NCBI GenBank assembly: GCA_002296125.1
Contig: DBHI01000034.1
Span: 2,015 to 53,649, forward strand
Source of the DNA: Anaerolineales bacterium UBA832
GTDB lineage: Bacteria; Chloroflexota; Anaerolineae; Anaerolineales; UBA11657
Direction: 5' to 3'
Length of the DNA: 51,635 bases
The translations under genes were made by a program, and so were the position numbers. Shown here in pieces: positions 10,969-20,465 of this stretch (the first letter of the stretch is position 1; every line of letters starts with the position of its first letter). Under the pieces are notes generated by a model, which did no database searches, had not been told where the DNA came from, and saw only the letters and a program-made list of their open reading frames with translations.

Positions 10969-12081
10969 TCATATGACAAATGATCCTGATTTATATATTG
11001 TTTCACCGTCAACTTTGATTTCACTGTCTGACTTCATATCACATATCATATCCCAGTGAATTGCACTTGAATTTTTACTTCCTGTAAGGGGATATCCGGA
11101 ACCAATAGCCATATGAATTGTACCACCCATTTTTTCATCGAACAGGATTTGTTTGGTGTGATGAGTGATTCCATAATTAGTTCCAATGGCCCATTCACCT
11201 AAGTATCTTGCACCTGAATCAGTATCAAGTATCTTAGTAAGATAGTCTTGATTTTTGGATGCACTAGCTTTTACTACTTGACCCGAATCGAATTGTAATC
11301 TTATGTCTGTAATTTCTCTTCCTGCCACAGTAACAGGATAGGTGAAATGTACATGGCCATTTGTTGATGATTCTACAGGACCAGTAAAAATTTCTCCATC
11401 TGGCATATTATGCTTTCCGCAGGCATTAACAAATGTTCTATCCTTAATAGAAAATGATAAATCGACATTTGGTCCTTTGACTTCAATTAATTCATGATCT
11501 TTAAGCCATTCTACAAGTTTTTGTTGTTTTGTTTGTACGGATTTCCAGTAATCAATAGGGTTACTACTGTTATTAACATGACAAGCTTCATATACGAAGT
11601 TTTCATAATTGTTAAGACTCATGTCTGCTTCTTGAGCAAGTGCATTTGTAGGGAACAAAGTTACGTTCCAGGATAGATCTCCTTGATCTCCACGTTGAAG
11701 GTAAGTCTGTTGTATTTCTTTATATGCTTGTCTTTGACGTACTTGTTTCGCAGGATCTACTTGAGATAAACTACGAGTATTATCTACACCCTCCACTCTA
11801 ATAATAGCATCAAATGTATCTACAGCCATTTTATAAAATGGTGATACATAATCGATTTGAAAATCGCTAGCAAACTCATACAATATATCGTCTGCACCCT
11901 TTAAAAATGGAGCAATATGTGGATGGCCACCTTGTTCGAGAACCCTTTTGTAAATTTCTAAAAGTAGAGGAATACTTGTCATGCATCCAGGAGACCATAT
12001 GAGTACTTCATCATTTTGTTTAACTTCTGTTGAATAATCAACAAGCAAATGTGCTAGTTTTCTAATTCGTGGATCAGTCAT
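10969..12081 (-). CDS. Aminopeptidase, M29 (thermophilic metalloprotease) family
   Basis: DPRI.KLA.LLV.YS, NMPDGEIFTGP, LGEWAIG, LFDEKMGGTIHMAIG, SAIHWDM. Confidence 0.93.
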   Translation of the reverse strand: MTDPRIRKLAHLLVDYSTEVKQNDEVLIWSPGCMTSIPLLLEIYKRVLEQGGHPHIAPFLKGADDILYEFASDFQIDYVSPFYKMAVDTFDAIIRVEGVDNTRSLSQVDPAKQVRQRQAYKEIQQTYLQRGDQGDLSWNVTLFPTNALAQEADMSLNNYENFVYEACHVNNSSNPIDYWKSVQTKQQKLVEWLKDHELIEVKGPNVDLSFSIKDRTFVNACGKHNMPDGEIFTGPVESSTNGHVHFTYPVTVAGREITDIRLQFDSGQVVKASASKNQDYLTKILDTDSGARYLGEWAIGTNYGITHHTKQILFDEKMGGTIHMAIGSGYPLTGSKNSSAIHWDMICDMKSDSEIKVDGETIYKSGSFVI

Positions 12082-12134
12082 AACTCTTACCTATTATTTT
12101 TTGTATTTTGGTTAATTATACTTATATGTTGAGA

Positions 12135-12164
12135 TTGACCAATACCTTAATATTACATTATACT
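12135..12164 (+). promoter_or_regulatory. Sigma70-type promoter of pan operon
   Basis: TTGACC-N18-TATACT, immediately before a structured leader. Confidence 0.55.
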
Positions 12165-12168
12165 TAAA

Positions 12169-12198
12169 CTGTCGCTGGCATCTTTTTGAGCGAGACGG
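12169..12198 (+). ncRNA. Candidate pan-motif-like cis-regulatory hairpin in panB leader
   Basis: CUGUC-GCU...AGC-GA-GACGG stem with purine bulge at the predicted transcript 5' end, upstream of panB. Confidence 0.5.
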
Positions 12199-12276
12199 CT
12201 GAATTGGTATTTTAAAGTAACCTAGTATCTTGTTATGAGTGTTAACTTATAACTAATATAGATATTTATTTCTTTT

Positions 12277-12301
12277 AGCCCTCGCATTGCGAGGGTTTTT
12301 T
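12277..12301 (+). terminator. Intrinsic terminator inside panB leader (attenuator)
   Basis: AGCCCTCGC-ATT-GCGAGGGTT followed by a T-run, about 35 nt before the panB ATG. Confidence 0.75.
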
Positions 12302-12335
12302 GTTAATGTATTGAAATTTGGATGTGGAGGGAAAT

Positions 12336-13211
12336 ATGAGTTCTATAGAGAATAAATCAATTAAGCGGGTTACCGTAAGGGATCTACAGCGAATGAAAGG
12401 ATCAGGTGAGAAGATAGTAGCATTAACTGCATCTGATTTTTCTTTTGCTCGGTTGTTCGATAGGTCTGGTGTAGATTTGATACTAGTAGGTGATTCTTTG
12501 GCCATGGTGTCTCTAGGGCATGAGAACACACTTTCGATTACTTTAGACGAGATGTTGCATCATTGTAAGGCAGTTGCAAGAGGTTCTTGTAAATCATTTT
12601 TAGTGGGAGATATGCCTTTTTTGTCTTATCAAATCAATGTTGCTGATGCAGTTAAAAATGCAGGACGATTTTTGTCTGAAGCTGGTATGAATGGTGTGAA
12701 ATTAGAAGGAGGTTTAATGATTGTTAATACTGTTGAAGCTATTGTGAGAGCTGGTATACCAGTGATGGGACATATTGGATTAATGCCACAATATGTCAAC
12801 CAAATTGGAGGTTATATTGTACAAGGAAATGATATTTCCAAAGCTAACTCTTTGCTTGAAGATGCGTTAGCCTTGGAAAAAGCTGGGTGCTTTGCTTTGG
12901 TTTTAGAATCAATACCTCAACAATTGGGACACTATATTACTGACAAATTAAGTATCCCGACGATAGGGATTGGTTCTGGCGTTTATTGTGACGGGCAAGT
13001 GTTAGTTGGTTATGATTTATTAGGTTTATTCGAAGAATTTAAACCCAAATTTGTTAAGAGGTATGGCAATTTGTCTAGCCAGATTATTAAAGCAGTTGAG
13101 CAGTATTCTAGAGAAGTGAAAGATTCTAGTTTTCCCACAAAAAATTATTCACATATGATGTCACCAGATGAATTCAAGTCTTTTTTGGACGCTAAAAATG
13201 ATCAATTATAA
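12336..13211 (+). CDS. panB: 3-methyl-2-oxobutanoate hydroxymethyltransferase
   Basis: LVGDSL, GDMPF, VKLEGG, GHIGLMPQ, IGIGSG..CDGQVLV; GGAGG SD before ATG 12336. Confidence 0.97.
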   Translation: MSSIENKSIKRVTVRDLQRMKGSGEKIVALTASDFSFARLFDRSGVDLILVGDSLAMVSLGHENTLSITLDEMLHHCKAVARGSCKSFLVGDMPFLSYQINVADAVKNAGRFLSEAGMNGVKLEGGLMIVNTVEAIVRAGIPVMGHIGLMPQYVNQIGGYIVQGNDISKANSLLEDALALEKAGCFALVLESIPQQLGHYITDKLSIPTIGIGSGVYCDGQVLVGYDLLGLFEEFKPKFVKRYGNLSSQIIKAVEQYSREVKDSSFPTKNYSHMMSPDEFKSFLDAKNDQL

Positions 13212-13236
13212 AGTGTTGTTTGACTAGGAAATACAT

Positions 13237-14169
13237 ATGCGTATAGCGATTGTTGGTACTGGTGCATTAGGGTCTCTTTTTGCTGCGAAGCTATATCCAT
13301 GTTGTGAAGTGTTTATGGTGGGCTCATGGCTAAAAGCAATAAATAATATCAATGAACAGGGTTTGCGAATTCAGCATAAATCTAGTGAGGAAATTGTAGG
13401 TGTCAAAGCATATAATATAACAGAAGATGTTCCTATGGTAGATTGTGTTTTGATACTTGTTAAGGGCTGGCAGACTAATTTTGCAGGTAAATTGGCTGCG
13501 AAATTAGTTCGAAATTCTGGCTTAGTGATCACTTTACAGAATGGTATAGGTAATATAGACAAATTATCTAATTATATTAGCTCAGATAGTTTGTCTATGG
13601 GAGTTACCACTCAAGGTTCTGAATTATTGTCTCCGGGTTATGTTAGATATGTAGGTGGAGGTGATACATACTTAGAATCTAACAATGTTCATCTGCAATC
13701 TACCTTGACCATTAAGAATATTTTTGAAACTGCGGGTTTTTCAACTATAGTTACTGATGATTTGAGAGGACATTTCTGGGGAAAATTAGCAGCCAGTTCA
13801 GGCATCAATGCTATGACTGCACTTTTGCGAATTCGTAATGGTGATTTGCTGTCTAATGAGTATTCAGTAAAATTGGTTGTTGGAGCAGCTAATGAAACAG
13901 CTAACATAGCTTCGTCTCTTGGTATTGATGTCCCCTATGATATTTCAGAGTTTGTAATGGATGTTATATTGTCTACAAGCCACAACAGATCTTCTATGTT
14001 ACAAGATGTTATGCGTGGTGCACCTACTGAGATAGAGTCTATCAATTGTGCTATAGTGAGAATTGGTAAGGAGATAGGAATACAGACTCCCATAAATTCA
14101 ATGTTGTGTGATCTAATTCGTGCATCAGTTGCAATTGGTGACAAAAATGCAAATATTGAAGTCGTTTAA
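13237..14169 (+). CDS. panE: 2-dehydropantoate 2-reductase
   Basis: GTGALG, LQNGIG, WGKL, SSMLQDV..G.PTEIESIN. Confidence 0.95.
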   Translation: MRIAIVGTGALGSLFAAKLYPCCEVFMVGSWLKAINNINEQGLRIQHKSSEEIVGVKAYNITEDVPMVDCVLILVKGWQTNFAGKLAAKLVRNSGLVITLQNGIGNIDKLSNYISSDSLSMGVTTQGSELLSPGYVRYVGGGDTYLESNNVHLQSTLTIKNIFETAGFSTIVTDDLRGHFWGKLAASSGINAMTALLRIRNGDLLSNEYSVKLVVGAANETANIASSLGIDVPYDISEFVMDVILSTSHNRSSMLQDVMRGAPTEIESINCAIVRIGKEIGIQTPINSMLCDLIRASVAIGDKNANIEVV

Positions 14170-14995
14170 TGATGTTTCGTTAGTTGTAGATAATTTATCA
14201 GGTACGCTTGGCTTGGTACCTACTATGGGTTGCTTGCATGCGGGACATTTGTCATTGATTAAGCAGGCTCGTATGCAGAACGATTTTGTTGCTGTAAGTA
14301 TTTTTGTGAATCCAATTCAATTTGAATCCGAAAAGGATGCGCATGAATATCCTAGGAATTTTGAAAGTGATATTGCTATGTTAGAGAGTGAAAATGTGGA
14401 TTTTGTTTTCATTCCTGATATCGGAGAAGTTTTTCCTTATGGATATCAGACATATGTGACAGTTACTGAGATTAGTCGAGTCCTAGAAGGATCTCGTAGG
14501 CCGGGTCATATGCGAGGAGTAGCAACAATAGTGACAAAATTGCTGATTGTTTTCCGTCCAGATAGTATTTATTGTGGTCAAAAAGATGGTCAGCAATCTA
14601 TTTTGATTAAGCGGTTGGTAAAAGATCTAAGAATCCCAGTTGATGTTCAGGTTTGTCCTACAGTACGGGATTCTGATGGTTTAGCTTTGTCTTCACGAAA
14701 TATATACCTTAGCGCTAAAGAGAGAAAATCTAGTTTGTTGTTATATAGTTCTTTATGTAGTGTTCAAGATGCTTTTAGGGATGGAATTAAAAATTCTCAT
14801 ATTTTAAGGAATATTATTGCGAATGTTTTGACTAATGATTCATTACTGGAAACAGTTTATATTTCTATAGCAGATTTTGACACCTTGGAAGAATTGGATC
14901 AAGTATGTAACAAGGCTTTATGTAGTATTGCCGTGAAAGTTGGATCGGTAGTATTAATCGATAATATAATTTTGGAGGAAGTCTTAAATGAATGA
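14147..14995 (+). CDS. panC: Pantoate--beta-alanine ligase
   Basis: VPTMG.LHAGH, SIFVNP.QF, RPGH.RGV, GQKD.QQ, GLALSSRN, LIDN. Confidence 0.97.
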   Translation: MQILKSFNDVSLVVDNLSGTLGLVPTMGCLHAGHLSLIKQARMQNDFVAVSIFVNPIQFESEKDAHEYPRNFESDIAMLESENVDFVFIPDIGEVFPYGYQTYVTVTEISRVLEGSRRPGHMRGVATIVTKLLIVFRPDSIYCGQKDGQQSILIKRLVKDLRIPVDVQVCPTVRDSDGLALSSRNIYLSAKERKSSLLLYSSLCSVQDAFRDGIKNSHILRNIIANVLTNDSLLETVYISIADFDTLEELDQVCNKALCSIAVKVGSVVLIDNIILEEVLNE

Positions 14996-15767
14996 TCAAT
15001 TATTGCTAACAGTTGATATTGGTAATACTCACATTACGTTAGGTATTTTTTATGCAGATAAACTTGGTCCTAGATGGCGTATGTCTACAACAGTTGAAAA
15101 AACGATAGATGAAGTGGGATTACAGATCTTGAGTTTGTTGAATCATGTAGAAGTAGATCCTTCTAAGATATCCGGAGCAATTATTGCATCAGTTGTACCA
15201 GCTTTAACTAATATTTTTGTGGATTCTTTTACGCAATATTTAAATGTAGTAACTTTGATAGTTGATGCTGGCGTGAAGACAGGAGTACCTATACTTTGTG
15301 ATGATCCACGTCAGGTTGGGGCAGATAGAGTTGTAGATGTGGCTGCAGTACGTGCATTGTATAAATATCCAGCTTGTATAGTAGATTTTGGAACAGCAAC
15401 AACTTTTGATGCAGTTTCTGAAGATGGAGAGTATTTAGGAGGTGCTATTGCTCCAGGGATAGAGATTGCTGCAGATGCGTTATTTCAAAAAGCAGCTAAA
15501 TTACCTAGAGTTGATATTGTCAGACCTCCCAATGTTATAGGTAAAAATACTAGACATGCAATACAGTCTGGATTGCTCTTTGGATATGTGGGAATGGTTG
15601 AACATATGGTGAGGAGTTTTCGTCTTGAATTGGGTTCAAACATGCATGTTATTGGTACAGGTGGATTAGCAGAGGTTATTTCTGTAGAGTCTGACATAAT
15701 TGACCAAGTGGTTCCCTGGTTGACATTAGAGGGTCTTAGGGAGGTTTGGTTGTTGAATAATGACTAG
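14988..15767 (+). CDS. coaX: Type III pantothenate kinase
   Basis: DIGNT, SVVP, VGADR, VDFGTATTFD, GGAIAPG, GTGG. Confidence 0.96.
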   Translation: MNDQLLLTVDIGNTHITLGIFYADKLGPRWRMSTTVEKTIDEVGLQILSLLNHVEVDPSKISGAIIASVVPALTNIFVDSFTQYLNVVTLIVDAGVKTGVPILCDDPRQVGADRVVDVAAVRALYKYPACIVDFGTATTFDAVSEDGEYLGGAIAPGIEIAADALFQKAAKLPRVDIVRPPNVIGKNTRHAIQSGLLFGYVGMVEHMVRSFRLELGSNMHVIGTGGLAEVISVESDIIDQVVPWLTLEGLREVWLLNND

Positions 15768-16599
15768 ACATAATGAGAGGACCGATATTTTGGTGATAGG
15801 CTTAGTTTCTATTGATATCTTGCATATAGGAGATAAGACTTATAAATCTATTGGTGGAGCAGGAATGTATACAGCATTAGCATCGTATAGTAGTGGTGCA
15901 TTAGTCAGATTGCTTGCGCCACGTTCTGATATTGTAAGAGATGAGTTGAAACAATTTAGTAATGTCGTAGATTGGTTTGGACCAGAGGTCCAAGAAGATC
16001 AATTACCCAATCTTGAGATAAGTCATCATGGAAATGATATAGCAACATTGGAAGCAATTGATTGGGGTGCAGAATATCAACTGAGCAAAGAATTTCTACC
16101 TAGAGATTTATCAAAATATAAAATTGTTCATGTTGCAGCTTTAAGTAGTGCTGAGCGGCAGTTGTATTTCTTGGATGAATGTTTATCAAGAGGCGCGAGA
16201 TTTGTTTCGGTTGGTACATATTCAAAGGTTGTACAGCAGGAACCTGACACAGTTTGTAAGTTGATTGCTAAAGCAGACGCATTTTTTATGAATGGAAATG
16301 AAGCCAATTTACTGTTTGGTTCAATCGATGAAATTTCATACGTTGATCGATCACAAATAGTGTGTATTACACTTGGTCGAGATGGAGTTAGGATCATTGA
16401 TGGTGATTCAAAGAGTGATTTGTCAGCTCAATTAGTTGATGTTGTTGACCCAACAGGAGCTGGAGATACATTCTGTGGTTCTACATTATCTGGATTATCA
16501 AGTGGTCTAACAATATTACAAGCAGCTCGTCAAGGTGTTCACATGGCTTCAATAGTAATTACTGGTATTGGTCCATCTGCAGTATTGTCATCCAAATAA
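15760..16599 (+). CDS. PfkB/ribokinase family carbohydrate kinase
   Basis: N-terminal GG, N..EA, TLGRDG, DPTGAGDTF. Confidence 0.9.
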   Translation: MTRHNERTDILVIGLVSIDILHIGDKTYKSIGGAGMYTALASYSSGALVRLLAPRSDIVRDELKQFSNVVDWFGPEVQEDQLPNLEISHHGNDIATLEAIDWGAEYQLSKEFLPRDLSKYKIVHVAALSSAERQLYFLDECLSRGARFVSVGTYSKVVQQEPDTVCKLIAKADAFFMNGNEANLLFGSIDEISYVDRSQIVCITLGRDGVRIIDGDSKSDLSAQLVDVVDPTGAGDTFCGSTLSGLSSGLTILQAARQGVHMASIVITGIGPSAVLSSK

Positions 16600-16621
16600 T
16601 ATAATGTTAAGATAGATTCAT

Positions 16622-17260
16622 ATGCAGTACATAAAGTTAATTGCAATAGATAAATATATTACATTTAGGTCGATAGGTTTAGTAATGCTATGGATAGGTT
16701 ATTTCTTGCCATGGATTCCTCATGAAGCTGCTGCATTAAATATGGGTGCTTATGATCTATCTAACTGGGTGATGCTATTACCTGAAGTTCAGAAAGATGG
16801 CATTGTAATAGGAAGAATGAATTTTTTGATGATAATGGCTTTAATTGTGTTATTAAGTTTTGAACTTACTTTGCAGGGAGGTTTTTCTCAATTATGGTGG
16901 ATTTTTGTATGCCTTGGAATATTAATAATGATACCCAGTTATCCTTCTATAATGTTTTTTAGGACAGATACATCTGTTATTTGGCAGATATTATTAATAG
17001 TTGTGACCTTATTCTTAATGATTGTTTTATGGTTGGTCCGGAATTGGAGATTCTTAAGATTGTTGCAGGGATTTTTTACTTTACTAATTGGATTAGCTTG
17101 TTTGTTACCATTTCTGTTGATGCGTCATATATTAAATGATTACTACGGTTCAATTCCTGATATCGGGGTAGGTTGGTACGTAACTTTGTTGGGTTTATTG
17201 TTTGTTGTATGTTCTGGTATTGTCAATTATTTATATACAACTTATTCTCTGGAAAAGTGA
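16622..17260 (+). CDS. Hypothetical integral membrane protein
   Basis: About 6 hydrophobic segments; FLPW and G.GWY motifs. Confidence 0.7.
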   Translation: MQYIKLIAIDKYITFRSIGLVMLWIGYFLPWIPHEAAALNMGAYDLSNWVMLLPEVQKDGIVIGRMNFLMIMALIVLLSFELTLQGGFSQLWWIFVCLGILIMIPSYPSIMFFRTDTSVIWQILLIVVTLFLMIVLWLVRNWRFLRLLQGFFTLLIGLACLLPFLLMRHILNDYYGSIPDIGVGWYVTLLGLLFVVCSGIVNYLYTTYSLEK

Positions 17261-17277
17261 ATTTTATTTGATTGTTT

Positions 17278-17349
17278 GCGGGTGTAGTTCAGTGGTAGAA
17301 CGTCAGCTTCCCAAGCTGGATGTCGTCGGTTCAAGTCCGATCACCCGCT
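17278..17349 (+). tRNA. tRNA-Gly(CCC)
   Basis: GCGGGTGTAGTTCAGTGGTAGAACGTCAGCTT-CCC-AAGCTGGATGTCGTCGGTTCAAGTCCGATCACCCGCT; CCA not encoded. Confidence 0.96.
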
Positions 17350-17405
17350 CTTTTCATGTGTATTGTTTTGACTAAATATTATTACATTTAATCGAGAGTT
17401 TAGTT

Positions 17406-18587
17406 TTAATAAATAGGTAAATTAGGGTCTATTTCTGTTGCCCAGGCTCGAATACCGCCCTTGAGGTTTTTGACCTTACTAATACCAGCACTAGCAAGTA
17501 TTTGTAACATTTGTGCTGAACGACCTCCAGTTCTACACATCATTATGTGCTCATCTGTGTTATTAAATTCACTAAGTCTGCCAGGTATCTCACCCATTGG
17601 AATTAATTCAGCTTCAGGTAAATGTACAATATCCCATTCAAACTGTTCACGCACATCTATAATCCTCAATTGTTTTCCTGCATCTAGTTGTTTTTTGAGT
17701 TCTTGCACAGAAATATCCCACTTATCACCTGCGCTCTGTTCATTATCATGGTCATTTAGGGGCATGCCACAAAACTCCTCATAATCTATTGGTTCGAAAA
17801 TAGTTGGATTAGTTCCACATATTACACAATTGGTGTTTTTTTTCAGTCTGACAGTGTCAATATTCATAGTTAATGCATCATATAGTAGTAATTTTCCAAT
17901 TAATGGTTCTCCTATACCTGCTATTAATTTTATTGCTTCAGTTGCTTGAATTGTTCCAATTGTTCCTGGTAATATTCCTAATACTCCTCCTTCGGCACAT
18001 GAAGGTACTAGTCCAGGAGGAGGAGGTTCTGGGAATAGGCATCTATAACATGGACCATGTTTGGACCAGAACACAGATACTTGTCCCTCAAAGCGAAATA
18101 TACTACCATATACGTTGGGTTTGTTTTGTAAAACACAAACGTCATTGACTAAGTATCTAGTTGGAAAGTTGTCAGTTCCATCAATAATGAGATCATAAGG
18201 TTCAGCTAGTTCTAATGCATTTTCAGACGTAAACAAATTATTATGGATGGTCACATTTACGTAAGGATTAATATCATTGATACGTTTTTTTGCAGAATCT
18301 ACTTTTAATGATCCTATAGTAGATGTACCATGAATAATTTGTCTTTGAAGGTTATTTTCTTCAACTACATCATAATCAACTAATCCAATGTTACCTATTC
18401 CAGCAGCTGCTAGATATAGAGCTACAGGTGAACCTAATCCACCTGTACCTATACATAATATCTTAGCTGCCTTAAGCTTTTTTTGACCAGACAGTGTAAT
18501 TTCTGGCATTATTAAATGACGACTATAACGAATAATCTCATCGTTACTTAGTTCGATGTTTGTGTGTGAAGAACTATTTACTTGCAT
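17406..18587 (-). CDS. moeB: MoeZ/MoeB sulfur-carrier adenylyltransferase with C-terminal rhodanese
   Basis: RYSRH, GTGGLG, NLQRQ, DGTDNF, CYRC, SCAEGGVLG, CVIC; rhodanese IDVRE...CRTGGRS. Confidence 0.95.
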   Translation of the reverse strand: MQVNSSSHTNIELSNDEIIRYSRHLIMPEITLSGQKKLKAAKILCIGTGGLGSPVALYLAAAGIGNIGLVDYDVVEENNLQRQIIHGTSTIGSLKVDSAKKRINDINPYVNVTIHNNLFTSENALELAEPYDLIIDGTDNFPTRYLVNDVCVLQNKPNVYGSIFRFEGQVSVFWSKHGPCYRCLFPEPPPPGLVPSCAEGGVLGILPGTIGTIQATEAIKLIAGIGEPLIGKLLLYDALTMNIDTVRLKKNTNCVICGTNPTIFEPIDYEEFCGMPLNDHDNEQSAGDKWDISVQELKKQLDAGKQLRIIDVREQFEWDIVHLPEAELIPMGEIPGRLSEFNNTDEHIMMCRTGGRSAQMLQILASAGISKVKNLKGGIRAWATEIDPNLPIY

Positions 18588-18622
18588 ATCAAATAATATA
18601 TCATCAATATATAAAAACTTTG

Positions 18623-18898
18623 TTAGAAACCGCCAGCAACAGAAGGAACAATTCTTAGTATAGAATTAGGTGTAATTTGAGTGTCTACGCCATTGAGATG
18701 TCGCACATCGTCTCCATCAACAAAGATGTTAACAAAAGCTCTCAATTGTCCATCATCGTTGTATAAATGTTGTTCCAATTCATTATGTTGACTCATTAAA
18801 TCTTTCAGTGCTTCTCCAACTGTATTGCCTTGGACATTTATTTCAGTTTGTCCATCGGTATACAATCTTAATGGGGTTGGCATTTTTATAATTGTCAT
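18623..18898 (-). CDS. Ubiquitin-like sulfur carrier (CysO/MoaD/ThiS family) with masked C-terminus
   Basis: PTPLR, FVNIFV, C-terminal VAGG-F (one residue after the di-Gly). Confidence 0.92.
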   Translation of the reverse strand: MTIIKMPTPLRLYTDGQTEINVQGNTVGEALKDLMSQHNELEQHLYNDDGQLRAFVNIFVDGDDVRHLNGVDTQITPNSILRIVPSVAGGF

Positions 18899-18929
18899 AA
18901 TATATCCTTATTATTTTCCTAAATTTTGT

Positions 18930-19355
18930 TTATTTTATATTGAATATTTCTTCAATAAATTGATTGCGATCATCATCAAGAACCCAACATTTTGCATGAT
19001 CTACTTTATTGTTGTTTATAGAGATAATCAAATATGACCACCATGGTAGTGCAAATTCACGATCATATTCCGAAGGGTTTGCTGGGCTGTCAGGATGAGA
19101 ATGGAATACACCAATAAGATCCAAACCTTTTTGTTCAGCAACATCTTCAGCATTCATATATGCTTTTGCACTAATTTTGTATCTATTAGTTTGTTCTTTG
19201 GTTTCCCATTCATTTACTAGTGCAAGAATCATGCGTACTGTTCTGTTGTGATTTTTTGTGTACCCAAGTAAAAATCCTGCACCTTCATTTGGGTAGGCAT
19301 CTATCAAATGATTAGATATTTGCTGATAAATGTTCTTAGAGATGTTAAGTATCAT
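18930..19355 (-). CDS. JAB/MPN+ (M67) metallopeptidase, Mec-like
   Basis: YPNEGAGFLLG...FHSHPD...PS.YD JAMM motif. Confidence 0.93.
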   Translation of the reverse strand: MILNISKNIYQQISNHLIDAYPNEGAGFLLGYTKNHNRTVRMILALVNEWETKEQTNRYKISAKAYMNAEDVAEQKGLDLIGVFHSHPDSPANPSEYDREFALPWWSYLIISINNNKVDHAKCWVLDDDRNQFIEEIFNIK

Positions 19356-20320
19356 GTTTTGTTAGTATTATCTGTCCAAAATCTGTCTGAAAGATATTTG
19401 TATCCATTATCACAAAAAATTGTAACTATTACGCCAGATGATAATGTCTTTCCGAGTTCTATGGCTGCAAAGGCAGCAGCACCTGAGGAAATACCTACTA
19501 ATAGACCTTCTTCTTTTGCAAGTCTACGAGTCATATCTAGAGCATCTTCAGTTTGTATGGGCATGTGAATATCTGGTAGATTTTTATCATAAAATCCAGG
19601 TTTGATTGACGAATCCATGTGTTTTAGTCCTTCTATTCCATGAAAGGGGCCTGCAGGTTGTAAGGCAATAATTTTGATGTTGTTGTTATGTTCTTTTAGA
19701 TAACTTCCGGCACCCATCATTGTGCCACTTGTACCCAAACCACATAAGAAATGTGTAATTTGATTTTGGGTTTGATTAATGATTTCAGGACCAGTAGTAT
19801 GGTAATGTCCGTGCCAACTTGATGGATTGTTATACTGGTCAGCATAATAATATTTTTCTGGATTTTCTGATAATAATTCTCGTGCTTTTATTATGGCACC
19901 ATCTGAACCTTCCATTGAATCAGTAAAAATTAAATTTGCACCTAGTGCTTGAAGAGTTTTTTTGCGTTCAGGACTTACATTGTCTGGTAAGCATAGTGTG
20001 ACGTTGTATCCTCTTGCTGCCGCAAAAGTAGCATATGCTATACCCATATTACCTGATGTAGAGTCGAGGAGAGTTTGATTTGATGTAAGTTTACCTGATT
20101 TTTCTGCATCTCGAATAATGAAAAGAGCTGCTCTATCTTTAATAGATCCTCCGGGATTTGTCCATTCTGTCTTTGCATATATTTCGACGTTTTTTGATAA
20201 TTCACTAGTGATATGCCTAAGTTTAACCAGTGGTGTGTTTCCAACTGATGCTTCCAAAGACTTTGTTGCCGGTATATGTACTGGATGGTATTCAGGTGAT
20301 TTAAATTTGGATTTCTTCAT
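19352..20320 (-). CDS. cysM: PLP-dependent cysteine synthase (CysM-like)
   Basis: VGNTPL, NPGGSIKDR, TSGNMG, GLGTSGT, GISSGA, D.GYKYLS. Confidence 0.9.
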   Translation of the reverse strand: MKKSKFKSPEYHPVHIPATKSLEASVGNTPLVKLRHITSELSKNVEIYAKTEWTNPGGSIKDRAALFIIRDAEKSGKLTSNQTLLDSTSGNMGIAYATFAAARGYNVTLCLPDNVSPERKKTLQALGANLIFTDSMEGSDGAIIKARELLSENPEKYYYADQYNNPSSWHGHYHTTGPEIINQTQNQITHFLCGLGTSGTMMGAGSYLKEHNNNIKIIALQPAGPFHGIEGLKHMDSSIKPGFYDKNLPDIHMPIQTEDALDMTRRLAKEEGLLVGISSGAAAFAAIELGKTLSSGVIVTIFCDNGYKYLSDRFWTDNTNKT

Positions 20321-20351
20321 AGTTGTAATTAGTTAATGATTTAGGCTTTAT

Positions 20352-20430
20352 AAAACAAAAAGCCATACTCAATTACAATAGCAGGATTAGCAGTTTTAGA
20401 ACATAAACCTACTGTTGATTGGTTGGCTTT
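20352..20430 (-). terminator. Long imperfect hairpin plus U-tract in cysM leader
   Basis: Minus strand AAAGCCA...AACAGTAGG...CCTGCTATT...TGGCTTT then TTGTTTT, about 30 nt before the cysM ATG. Confidence 0.5.
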
Positions 20431-20465
20431 AGAAGCTTTTAACCTATCTATCAAATAATTATGAT

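Noticed and set aside
12275-12529. 84-aa minus ORF over the panB start and leader
   Set aside because: Antisense to panB, with no SD or family features.
17406-19355. E1 + ubiquitin-like + JAB genes as an anti-phage ubiquitination system (CBASS/Bil-like)
   Set aside because: There is no E2 or cyclase, the E1 has a rhodanese domain, and the operon includes cysteine synthase, which fits sulfur transfer.
17278-20320. cys operon as an island integrated at tRNA-Gly
   Set aside because: No integrase, no duplicated tRNA 3' end seen, and composition looks like the flanks.
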